Part shown: piece after piece, positions 56,963 through 64,000 of the stretch
How positions within the stretch are numbered: the stretch's first letter is position 1
How the letters are laid out: each line of letters opens with the position of its first letter
Source: a virus
Taxonomy: Duplodnaviria; Caudoviricetes
Strand: one strand, 5' to 3'
IMG/VR virus record: IMGVR_UViG_3300033068_001747
Length of the DNA stretch: 64,000 bases
Notes under the pieces: model-generated
The model's database searches: none
Seen by the model: only the letters and a program-made list of their open reading frames with translations
Told to the model about the DNA's origin: nothing
Made by a program: the position numbers and the translations under genes

Positions 56963-57247
56963 TTATTCATTCACTTCCATAGTGACTGAGAGTCCCGCCG
57001 ATTTTAGTAAATTCTTCATTTCTGAAATGGTTTCTAAATCACCATACTTAACATCACATTTACCATTATTATGAACAATATGAGCACATTGTGTTGCTTG
57101 TTCGTATTCATGTTTACAAACTTTCATAAGACATTCAATAACCCAATCAAATGAGTTATAATCGTCATTATGAAGTATTAGTTTGTAAGGTTTAGATAAA
57201 ATCTCCTGTACTTTAGACTGTGTTTTCTTCTTAGTAATAGTTGGCAT
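56963..57247 (-). CDS. clpS: ATP-dependent Clp protease adaptor ClpS (Bacteroidota type)
   Basis: LILHNDDYNSFDWVIECL...EQATQCAHIVHNNGKCDVK.G. Confidence 0.9.
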   Translation of the reverse strand: MPTITKKKTQSKVQEILSKPYKLILHNDDYNSFDWVIECLMKVCKHEYEQATQCAHIVHNNGKCDVKYGDLETISEMKNLLKSAGLSVTMEVNE

Positions 57248-57250
57248 ATC

Positions 57251-57763
57251 TTATTTGAATATTTTTGTTGTTTTGTTCTTTACGTCTATTATAGTAATTC
57301 GACAGTCAATTGTTTTAGCCCATTTTTCAAATTCTTCTAAATGTTCATATCTATCATCATACATAATAAACTCTTGAGGATCAATTTTTGAAATCAATTT
57401 CTCAAATAATCTTCTTTTAAATGTAAAAGTATCACCACCAGTGTTTAAATAAACTGCATCAAATGCCAAGTTTAAATCATCTAAAATAACTTCTACTTCA
57501 GGTCTCAACTTTTCAACACGACCGGTTGCCAAAATAACATAGTTATCTGGATCAGAAACTACTTTTAAATATTCTTGATAAACATAAGGGTTTACTGTAA
57601 CTGGGAAAATATCCATATCTAAACTTTCTGGTTTAGACCACCAACCTCTATGTGGATACTCTACACCAAACTTCTCTCTCCATATAATTTTTCCGTCTTC
57701 ATGTTTTACTGTGTTACATAAAGTATCATCAAAGTCAAAACATACTAATTTCTTTATTCCCAT
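57251..57763 (-). CDS. HAD phosphatase, Swiss-Army-knife RNA-repair-like family
   Basis: FDFDDTL, GWW, LATGR, FK and YDDR motifs. Confidence 0.8.
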   Translation of the reverse strand: MGIKKLVCFDFDDTLCNTVKHEDGKIIWREKFGVEYPHRGWWSKPESLDMDIFPVTVNPYVYQEYLKVVSDPDNYVILATGRVEKLRPEVEVILDDLNLAFDAVYLNTGGDTFTFKRRLFEKLISKIDPQEFIMYDDRYEHLEEFEKWAKTIDCRITIIDVKNKTTKIFK

Positions 57764-57780
57764 ACTTGTATTTATTTTTA

Positions 57781-57788
57781 CAAAGATA
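57781..57788 (-). promoter_or_regulatory. Bacteroidota-type -7 element TATCTTTG
   Basis: Upstream of the HAD-clpS operon. Confidence 0.6.
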
Positions 57789-57828
57789 TATATAATTTTT
57801 TAATATATAATAAAAAATAAATAAAAAT

Positions 57829-58242
57829 ATGAAAATTGATTTTAGAAAAATTGCTATTTTATTTTTACTAATATCTTCTACCGGATTTGGACTTACCTGG
57901 TATCTAGGTGGTTATGATTCATCTAAACAAAAAGTTAAGCAACTTGAAGAAGAATATAAAAAATTAGAGCGAGAAAAAGCCGCAGCGGATGCTAAGGTAG
58001 CAGCTTGGAAAGAAATATACGAACAAAAAGATGCTAAAGATAAAAAATTAGCAATTGAAGTAGGTAATGCAAAAGCAGCCGCTAGAATAGCCAAAGAAAA
58101 TGCAGAGAAAGCTAAACAAGATCTATCTAAACTTCAAGGTGGTATGGAACAAACTAGAAAAGAAATTGAAGAACTAAAAAATAATCCAAAGGTTCTAACT
58201 GATGATGAACTTTTAGAAGAACTAATAAAAAATACAAAATAA
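57829..58242 (+). CDS. N-terminal TM plus coiled-coil protein (i-spanin-like candidate)
   Basis: One TM helix then a long coiled coil; late promoter. Confidence 0.5.
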   Translation: MKIDFRKIAILFLLISSTGFGLTWYLGGYDSSKQKVKQLEEEYKKLEREKAAADAKVAAWKEIYEQKDAKDKKLAIEVGNAKAAARIAKENAEKAKQDLSKLQGGMEQTRKEIEELKNNPKVLTDDELLEELIKNTK

Positions 58243-58245
58243 GAT

Positions 58246-58755
58246 ATGAGAAAATTATTCACAATATTACTAACATTGATTTCTATGACAATGTTTTCAC
58301 AGCTTACACAACCAATTAAATATCCAAGATTTGAAATAGATTCACTTGGACAAAAAGTTGTAACAATGACTATACCACAAGCAATGAAACTTAATAATAA
58401 CTCAAACATACTAGAGAAGTTTGAGAAGTTACAAGCCGAAATGAAGGATTATGAAGATATTTGTATAAAAGTAATCAATGATAAAGAACAAGTAATTGCA
58501 AAATTAGATGTTGTTATTACTAAACAAGATGGTCAGTTAGTTGCAAAAGATGAAAAGATTAAAGCCTTACAAGGAGAAATACTTGCATGGATGGAAAAAA
58601 ATCATGTTTTGGAAACACAATTAGCCAATAGACAACAAGTAATTGATGAAAAAGATAAACAACTAAAAAGACTTAAAACTAAGATGGTTATCACTGGAGT
58701 AGGTGGTTCAGTAGTAATAGTTGGATTATTATTAGGAGTTTTAGGAGTTTTTTAA
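58246..58755 (+). CDS. Exported coiled-coil protein with C-terminal hydrophobic anchor (lysis/spanin partner candidate)
   Basis: Signal peptide ending MFS-Q, coiled coil, Gly-rich hydrophobic C-terminus. Confidence 0.5.
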   Translation: MRKLFTILLTLISMTMFSQLTQPIKYPRFEIDSLGQKVVTMTIPQAMKLNNNSNILEKFEKLQAEMKDYEDICIKVINDKEQVIAKLDVVITKQDGQLVAKDEKIKALQGEILAWMEKNHVLETQLANRQQVIDEKDKQLKRLKTKMVITGVGGSVVIVGLLLGVLGVF

Positions 58756-58816
58756 AAAAGTAAAAAAATGGCTTTTTATTCTTAATATATAAATCATATA
58801 AAAAATAAATATAAAC

Positions 58817-59347
58817 ATGAAACACGTTAAAGCATTTGAAAGATTTCGTATTCAAAAAAATAGAGAAGAGATTATTAAAGAGTCTGTTTTCCAAGTTAAC
58901 GATCTTTATAAAGTAAAAACTATGATTGATTTACCTCAGTCTTTAATCAACGCTTATGTTAAAAAAGTAAAAGATACTACAGGTAAAAATTTACGTCAAT
59001 TCTTTGGAGACGTGGATATTGCAGAAGAAATCATTAAATATGTAACTACAACATTTTTAGATGTAGATAAAATCCCTGGTGGTGCAATAATGGGTGGACA
59101 AACTCAAGCACAAACTCAAGGTCAAGGACAAGTTCAAGTTCAAACTGAACCTCAAGGACAACCTCAGGCACAAACTGAACCTCAGGCACAAGCTCAAGTA
59201 CCTGCACAAGGTGAAGTTCAACCACAAGGACAACCAGAAGGAGAATTTGAAGAGCCACAAGCACAAACTCCAGTTCAAGGTCAAGCACAAGCTCCTGCAC
59301 AAGGTGAAGAGGGAGAAAATGAAGAAGAAGAGGAATTACCACTTTAA
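58817..59347 (+). CDS. Protein with MKHVKAFERF tag and Gln/Pro-rich disordered tail
   Basis: Shared N-terminal motif; QTEPQ repeats; acidic end. Confidence 0.75.
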   Translation: MKHVKAFERFRIQKNREEIIKESVFQVNDLYKVKTMIDLPQSLINAYVKKVKDTTGKNLRQFFGDVDIAEEIIKYVTTTFLDVDKIPGGAIMGGQTQAQTQGQGQVQVQTEPQGQPQAQTEPQAQAQVPAQGEVQPQGQPEGEFEEPQAQTPVQGQAQAPAQGEEGENEEEEELPL

Positions 59348-59355
59348 TCATAATT

Positions 59356-59383
59356 AAAAAACCACTCAAATGAGTGGTTTTTT
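59356..59383. terminator. Bidirectional terminator
   Basis: AAAAAACCACTCA/TGAGTGGTTTTTT. Confidence 0.85.
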
Positions 59384-59724
59384 TATTTTACATACTTTGT
59401 AAGTATAAAGTCTCTTCGTATTGTCATTAGTAAATTAAACATATCTTCATCATCAGTTTTATAATACTTAATATGTTTATTGATAATATCTAAAGTTAAA
59501 TCATGCTTGTTATAATTTATCCAATCTTCTTTTATATAAAGTGGCATATTAGAAATATCACTAATCTTTTCTTTTTCTTCCTGAATGAAATAATAAAATT
59601 CGTCCTTTTCTAATATAATAGAGGTTAAACCCAAAATCCAATGATTTCCATAATCACTTAAAATAGATATGATTTTAAAATCACCAAAATTTGAACTAAA
59701 AGAATTTAATTCTAAATTATTCAT
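59383..59724 (-). CDS. Hypothetical protein
   Basis: 113-aa ORF ending IRRDFILTKYVK. Confidence 0.6.
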   Translation of the reverse strand: MNNLELNSFSSNFGDFKIISILSDYGNHWILGLTSIILEKDEFYYFIQEEKEKISDISNMPLYIKEDWINYNKHDLTLDIINKHIKYYKTDDEDMFNLLMTIRRDFILTKYVK

Positions 59725-60334
59725 TATTATAATTATCTAAAAATTTTCTTTCCTCTGGTGTAAGATTTTCAATCCCAACAGAACTAATTCTATCTAAAAT
59801 TTCATCAATATTGAATTTAACCGAATTTCTTTTCTTAATCTTTTCAATATCAGACATTTCTTCTTTCAATCCACCAAAATTACCTTTCTTTAGATCTTCT
59901 ACTTTAAGACCAAATTTTTTCTCAAACTCTTCACGAGAAAAAATCATACCCATTACATTCACAACATCATTTATTTCATGTTTATAGAAAATCTCTACAC
60001 CCATAATAATATCCTCAATCAATGTCTTCTCAGCAGAATCTGATGTATAAATACACTTATCACCTTTAAATACGGCAATATCCTTTCTATCCATCAAATA
60101 AACAATATTTATCGAACCAAGATTATCTAATTCAGTCATAACACTAACAGTGTTATTGATACGACTATTAAAACTAGTCTTATGTGTATAAATATTATCC
60201 AATATTCCTTGGAAAATATCATTTATTTCCTTTTTGTAATTTTTTTCTTGATAAATATCTAGAACCTTTCTTACTAAATTATTAAGAATATAACCTAAAC
60301 AAATACCACCAAGTAATATCATACTATATACCAT
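59717..60334 (-). CDS. Membrane-anchored protein with C-terminal DUF6576-like motif
   Basis: N-terminal TM; IDEILDRISSVGIENLTPEERKFLD. Confidence 0.65.
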   Translation of the reverse strand: MVYSMILLGGICLGYILNNLVRKVLDIYQEKNYKKEINDIFQGILDNIYTHKTSFNSRINNTVSVMTELDNLGSINIVYLMDRKDIAVFKGDKCIYTSDSAEKTLIEDIIMGVEIFYKHEINDVVNVMGMIFSREEFEKKFGLKVEDLKKGNFGGLKEEMSDIEKIKKRNSVKFNIDEILDRISSVGIENLTPEERKFLDNYNNE

Positions 60335-61478
60335 AAACTGATTTTCTAATTTTTACTAATAAACTATTTATAAACTTTTCATCTACCTTTTCTGGTAAAT
60401 TTGAAGCTTTAAACAAAGCATCTACTTCTTTAATTTCTTTCTCAACGTGATCGATCAAGGTTTGTAAATCTACTTCACCTCTTCTAATTGCAAGAAGTTC
60501 TTGTGCATTTGGTCTTTTAACTATAATACCTTTACCCTCTGCAATTTCTCGTGCCATATCCATCAATCTTCGACAATGTAACATGTTTTTACCATCAATT
60601 TGTTGACCGTGTGATTTAACATCAACCCATCTTTGAAGATTTCTCTTTTCTAACCATTCTTCATACTCTCTGTAGTCTTTACAGTGTTCAGAGTAACCAT
60701 CTTTGTTATAAACAATATTACACAATGATACTTCTCCTTTTGGAATTGAGGACAATCTTAATTGATTTGATATACCATAATTAGGAGTTTCTAAACCTTC
60801 ATCACCTACCTTAACTAAACCTTTGTAAAATCCTGGTTTATCATTGTAATAAAGTGCATAAACATCTTTGGCATGTGGAACATTGGCTAAACCAAACATC
60901 CTAACATCATATTTGATACCAAATAATTTATATAAAAATCCACCTTTATATTCAGAACCATATTTTGACTTCTTAAAAGGAATTGTTTTTTCACCGTCAA
61001 TAACATAACAGAAATCAAGTAAATCTTTACGAGTTACTTTATCTCTCTCCCAGTTTTGTTTTTTATTCTGACCTTTGGCTTTACCAATTTGAGCTCTAGC
61101 ATATCCACCAAATGAATTTGCACAGATTTTAGTAATAAACTTATCTTTATTCTCTAAGATTAAATCAAAGATAGGATCTTTATAAATAATACAATCTTCT
61201 GGAGTATTAAGTAATTCTAAAACTGTTGGATTATTACTAGCCAATAATTCTAAAAACCTACGTATCTCATAGATAACAATATCATTATTATCATCATTTA
61301 TTTGTTGTTTGTATTTAAAACCTAAAATATCATCCATTGGTTGTATAAATACACCAGCAAAGTCAGTATCGGATGTCTCTATATTAGTTCCATAAGCATG
61401 TGAACCCCTAATCACTAAGAAAAGTGGTATCGCACCTGGAGACCGTTCATTTATAAGTTGTAGTAATTGTTCTTTCAT
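60324..61478 (-). CDS. Pol-beta-fold nucleotidyltransferase (RlaP / T4 NrdC.11-like)
   Basis: GSHAYGT...SDTD.AGVF, NNPTVLELL, KNMLHCRRL, LLAIRRG. Confidence 0.85.
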   Translation of the reverse strand: MKEQLLQLINERSPGAIPLFLVIRGSHAYGTNIETSDTDFAGVFIQPMDDILGFKYKQQINDDNNDIVIYEIRRFLELLASNNPTVLELLNTPEDCIIYKDPIFDLILENKDKFITKICANSFGGYARAQIGKAKGQNKKQNWERDKVTRKDLLDFCYVIDGEKTIPFKKSKYGSEYKGGFLYKLFGIKYDVRMFGLANVPHAKDVYALYYNDKPGFYKGLVKVGDEGLETPNYGISNQLRLSSIPKGEVSLCNIVYNKDGYSEHCKDYREYEEWLEKRNLQRWVDVKSHGQQIDGKNMLHCRRLMDMAREIAEGKGIIVKRPNAQELLAIRRGEVDLQTLIDHVEKEIKEVDALFKASNLPEKVDEKFINSLLVKIRKSVYGI

Positions 61479-61499
61479 CTTTATTATATAATTTTTTTA

Positions 61500-61529
61500 C
61501 AAATATAGTGAAAAAAACCAAATGTTCAA
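61500..61529 (-). promoter_or_regulatory. Bacteroidota-type promoter TTG-N19-TATATTTG
   Basis: CAAATATA at 61500-61507 and CAA at 61527-61529 on the + strand. Confidence 0.65.
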
Positions 61530-62873
61530 CTATTTAAACTTCTTTTTTAATTCACTTAAATCTAATAGATACATATCCTTTGGATCAGTATCTTCTAATA
61601 TTTTAATTTCTTCTTTTTTAGCAGTGAAGTCTTGCTTCATTTTTTCAAATAATTCTTTTGTTAAAGAATAAATTGGCATTCTTAATAAATAATCAAATGA
61701 GTCATCTATTTTTTCTAACCCTAAATTTTCAATACCAACAACAATTTCTGTTTTAGATACATTATTTATCTTTAACTTCTCATCAAGAATCGCTTTAATA
61801 AATCTACCTCTATTACTTAGTATCTTTAAGTCTTTATTAAGTTTATCTAATGTATGTTGCTTTCTCACATTGTAATAAGCTAGTCTAAACTTAGTAAAAT
61901 ATTCAATAATCTCTTCGGATGTTTCAAATATCTTCAATTTACCATACTCATCAAGTGTTGTAAATATCTCAGTTGATGATTCTTCTAGTTTTAAAAGCTT
62001 TATTAAAGCAGTATCATCTAAACTTTCTAACGAAGCTCTATTAAACTTTATTGTATAGTCAACATTATCTTTACAATTATCATCATAAGAAACAATATCC
62101 TTATTATCAACTAGTTTATCCAATATTTCTTCATACTTTTCATATGTCATAGAAGGTGGTAATTCACTTATCTTAACAGTTGAAGTATTTACTTTTTGAA
62201 ATCTACCTCTTATAATCCATCTTTTAGGATTTTCTTTATCTTGTATGAATTCACCTGTAAACTCATTTAGAGAAGGTTTAATACTAGATAATTTTTTTCC
62301 CTCAATAACTCTCACACAACTATCAATAATGCTTTTAATGTCTCTATTTAACACATTAGAAGCAAATCCAACCGCAATTCCTGAGGAACCATTTAATAAT
62401 ACCGTTGGAATAATTGGTAAAAAGTATTTTGGTTCTATTGATTCACCTTCTTCTTCCTTATAATCAAGTAAGTCAAAATCTTTGTAAATCAATCTAAAGT
62501 TCTCACTTAATTTTGTCCCAATATATCTTGCCGCACCAGGTTGTGGAGAACGCAATGAACCAAATTGTCCGTCTTCTTCTAAAAGTGGTGCATTATTCTT
62601 AAATTTTTGTGCCATTGTAACAATAGCATTTTCTAATGAAGTATTACCGTGATGATAAAAAGCATCAGATGCAACTTTACCCGCTAACTGGAATACTTTT
62701 ATATTTTTCTCAGTACCATTTCTCCAAATTTGATTAGAGATATGAATGATTTTTCTCTGTGTTGGTTTGAATCCATCAACAACAGATGGTATTGCTCTTC
62801 CTTCAATTGAGTACATTGCGAACTCTTTATACTCATTTGATAAGAAATCGGAAATCGTTTTTTCTGTCATCAT
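61530..62873 (-). CDS. gp52: Type II DNA topoisomerase, breakage-reunion subunit (T4 gp52 / GyrA-like)
   Basis: RAIPSVVDGFKPTQRK, YHHG, GQFGS, AARYI (catalytic Tyr), LLNGSSGIAVG; start moved to MMTEK. Confidence 0.93.
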   Translation of the reverse strand: MMTEKTISDFLSNEYKEFAMYSIEGRAIPSVVDGFKPTQRKIIHISNQIWRNGTEKNIKVFQLAGKVASDAFYHHGNTSLENAIVTMAQKFKNNAPLLEEDGQFGSLRSPQPGAARYIGTKLSENFRLIYKDFDLLDYKEEEGESIEPKYFLPIIPTVLLNGSSGIAVGFASNVLNRDIKSIIDSCVRVIEGKKLSSIKPSLNEFTGEFIQDKENPKRWIIRGRFQKVNTSTVKISELPPSMTYEKYEEILDKLVDNKDIVSYDDNCKDNVDYTIKFNRASLESLDDTALIKLLKLEESSTEIFTTLDEYGKLKIFETSEEIIEYFTKFRLAYYNVRKQHTLDKLNKDLKILSNRGRFIKAILDEKLKINNVSKTEIVVGIENLGLEKIDDSFDYLLRMPIYSLTKELFEKMKQDFTAKKEEIKILEDTDPKDMYLLDLSELKKKFK

Positions 62874-62914
62874 AATTTTATATATAGTAAAAAATAATCT
62901 TTGTTTTTTCCACA

Positions 62915-63586
62915 ATGAATAAACTTAAAAAATATAATGACTTTCTAATCTTAGAAAAATATGATAAAAACATCACAAACTATCTAAAAAGTATTGGTGT
63001 AACAGATAAAGAAGAACTTAAAAAACAAGTTTCTTTATCTAAACAAGGTCACTTAGGTACTTACCTACACTCTAAAGGTGATAAATTTACTTTTGGTATA
63101 CTTAAAGCTATCTTTAAAGATGCAATAGATGCAAAAAAGAAAACCGCATTAAAGAAAAATATCTTTAATTTATTACCTGTTGCAATTCCTTTATCGTTAG
63201 CACCATATTTCCCTATTTTAGCACTTGTTGGTACAGTATTTGGTTCATCTAGATTTGTACATAAGATATTTGATACAATATTTGATTATTTAGAACCACA
63301 ATCTAAATATGTAGATTTCCTAAAGAAAACTATCGATACTTATATGATGTTACCAGAAGGTAATGTCCCTTTAAAAGATAGATTCTCTAGAGCATTTGTA
63401 GTATCAGATAGATTGATTGAAGCACTTAAACCTGAAGTAGTAAATTCATTTACAACTTTTATAAGTGAGAAGATGGATAAAGAGGATGATGATAAACTAG
63501 TACCCGATCACTATATTGAAAACGAACTAAAGATGTATCTTAATGATAACTTTGATATAGATCCGGAAATACCTTTAAAGAAATAG
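62915..63586 (+). CDS. Protein with MNKLKKYNDFLILE tag and a hydrophobic hairpin
   Basis: Tag variant; central hydrophobic segment. Confidence 0.65.
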   Translation: MNKLKKYNDFLILEKYDKNITNYLKSIGVTDKEELKKQVSLSKQGHLGTYLHSKGDKFTFGILKAIFKDAIDAKKKTALKKNIFNLLPVAIPLSLAPYFPILALVGTVFGSSRFVHKIFDTIFDYLEPQSKYVDFLKKTIDTYMMLPEGNVPLKDRFSRAFVVSDRLIEALKPEVVNSFTTFISEKMDKEDDDKLVPDHYIENELKMYLNDNFDIDPEIPLKK

Positions 63587-63595
63587 AAATAAATT

Positions 63596-63766
63596 ATGGA
63601 ATTATTATTAAAAAAACTAGGAATTGAAAAAGTCAAAGTTATAGATAATAGTTTTGACGAAATCTACGAGAAATATACCCAGAAAGCAAAAGAGCAAGGG
63701 TTTTATGGCGAACTTAAATTCATTAAAGAACACTCAAAGGTTATGATCTACGTAGTTGTTAGTTAG
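63596..63766 (+). CDS. 56-aa hypothetical protein (not in track)
   Basis: MELLLKKLGIEKVKVIDNSFDEIYEKYTQKAKEQGFYGELKFIKEHSKVMIYVVVS. Confidence 0.5.
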   Translation: MELLLKKLGIEKVKVIDNSFDEIYEKYTQKAKEQGFYGELKFIKEHSKVMIYVVVS

Positions 63767-63914
63767 ATTTTTTAACACATAAAATAAAAATACCTGTTAA
63801 AAATATTATAAACGAACTAAATACAGTAAGCTGTACTTCCTCAAAATAATTCATATCAACCAATACACCTATTAGTAAAGAAACCACCATTAAAATATAA
63901 CCAAATACCTTCAT
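63759..63914 (-). CDS. 51-aa two-TM membrane protein (not in track)
   Basis: MKVFGYILMVVSLLIGVLVDMNYFEEVQLTVFSSFIIFLTGIFILCVKKSN; TATATA motif just upstream. Confidence 0.5.
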   Translation of the reverse strand: MKVFGYILMVVSLLIGVLVDMNYFEEVQLTVFSSFIIFLTGIFILCVKKSN

Positions 63915-64000
63915 ACTTTTATATATTAAGTTTAATATATAACTAAGTTAAAAAAATATTAAACCAATGAAGAAACTATTATCATTTTTTTTATTTATGA

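Noticed and set aside
59046-59369. Three repetitive ORFs over the Gln/Pro-rich region
   Set aside because: Alternative frames of the low-complexity tail of 58817-59347.
1906-62463. Numerous 60-150 aa ORFs nested in long genes (e.g. 6112, 12324, 17331, 26095, 37774, 41319, 55563, 62245)
   Set aside because: Antisense or alternate-frame shadows with no motifs or expression signals.
25865-62915. Longer ORF-track starts at 25865, 37889, 38836, 51859, 54564 and 62915(-)
   Set aside because: They run through promoter motifs or neighbouring genes; downstream ATGs fit better.
1-64000. Stop-codon reassignment as in some Bacteroidota phages
   Set aside because: Core genes are intact in code 11, coding density is high and TAG ends several genes at natural positions.
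1-64000. CRISPR array, tRNA, rRNA, integrase or IS elements
   Set aside because: No repeat-spacer pattern, cloverleaf or recombinase/transposase motifs seen by eye.

Overview
A 64-kb, very AT-rich segment of a large T4-related (myovirus-type, probably jumbo) phage genome, read in the standard genetic code. The host is probably Bacteroidota: there are TAnnTTTG promoters, a Bacteroidota-type ClpS, and no evident Shine-Dalgarno sequences. Core genes are scattered on both strands, often with their own promoter and a bidirectional terminator. They include portal, large terminase, tail sheath, tail tube, gp2/gp4/gp15/gp25/gp26-like proteins, a gp55-like late sigma, clamp loader, gp47, topoisomerase gp52, ThyA, RNase R, a probable tape measure and a large baseplate protein. 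Three candidate systems lie on this backbone. (1) About 17 unrelated proteins share an N-terminal MK(Y/H)LKxFExF peptide resembling the T4 capsid-targeting sequence, suggesting a large set of packaged and injected cargo (SET methyltransferase, isochorismatase-like, LysM and Zn-finger proteins). (2) Several short or degenerate ORFs, two of them missing from the ORF track, look like pieces of major capsid protein or prohead protease, mostly carrying an R-x-x-K-[IL]-x-x-L tag; they may be immune decoys. (3) Three promoter classes can be read from the DNA: host-type TAnnTTTG, AAAC-N17/18-TATA and TAATATATA, the last often placed to give leaderless mRNA. Also present are a 2H phosphoesterase (Acb1-like candidate), a minimal PolA-like protein, a degenerate RNA-ligase-like protein and an HNH gene with a T4-style start-sequestering hairpin. 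All family assignments come from motif recognition by eye; no searches were run.
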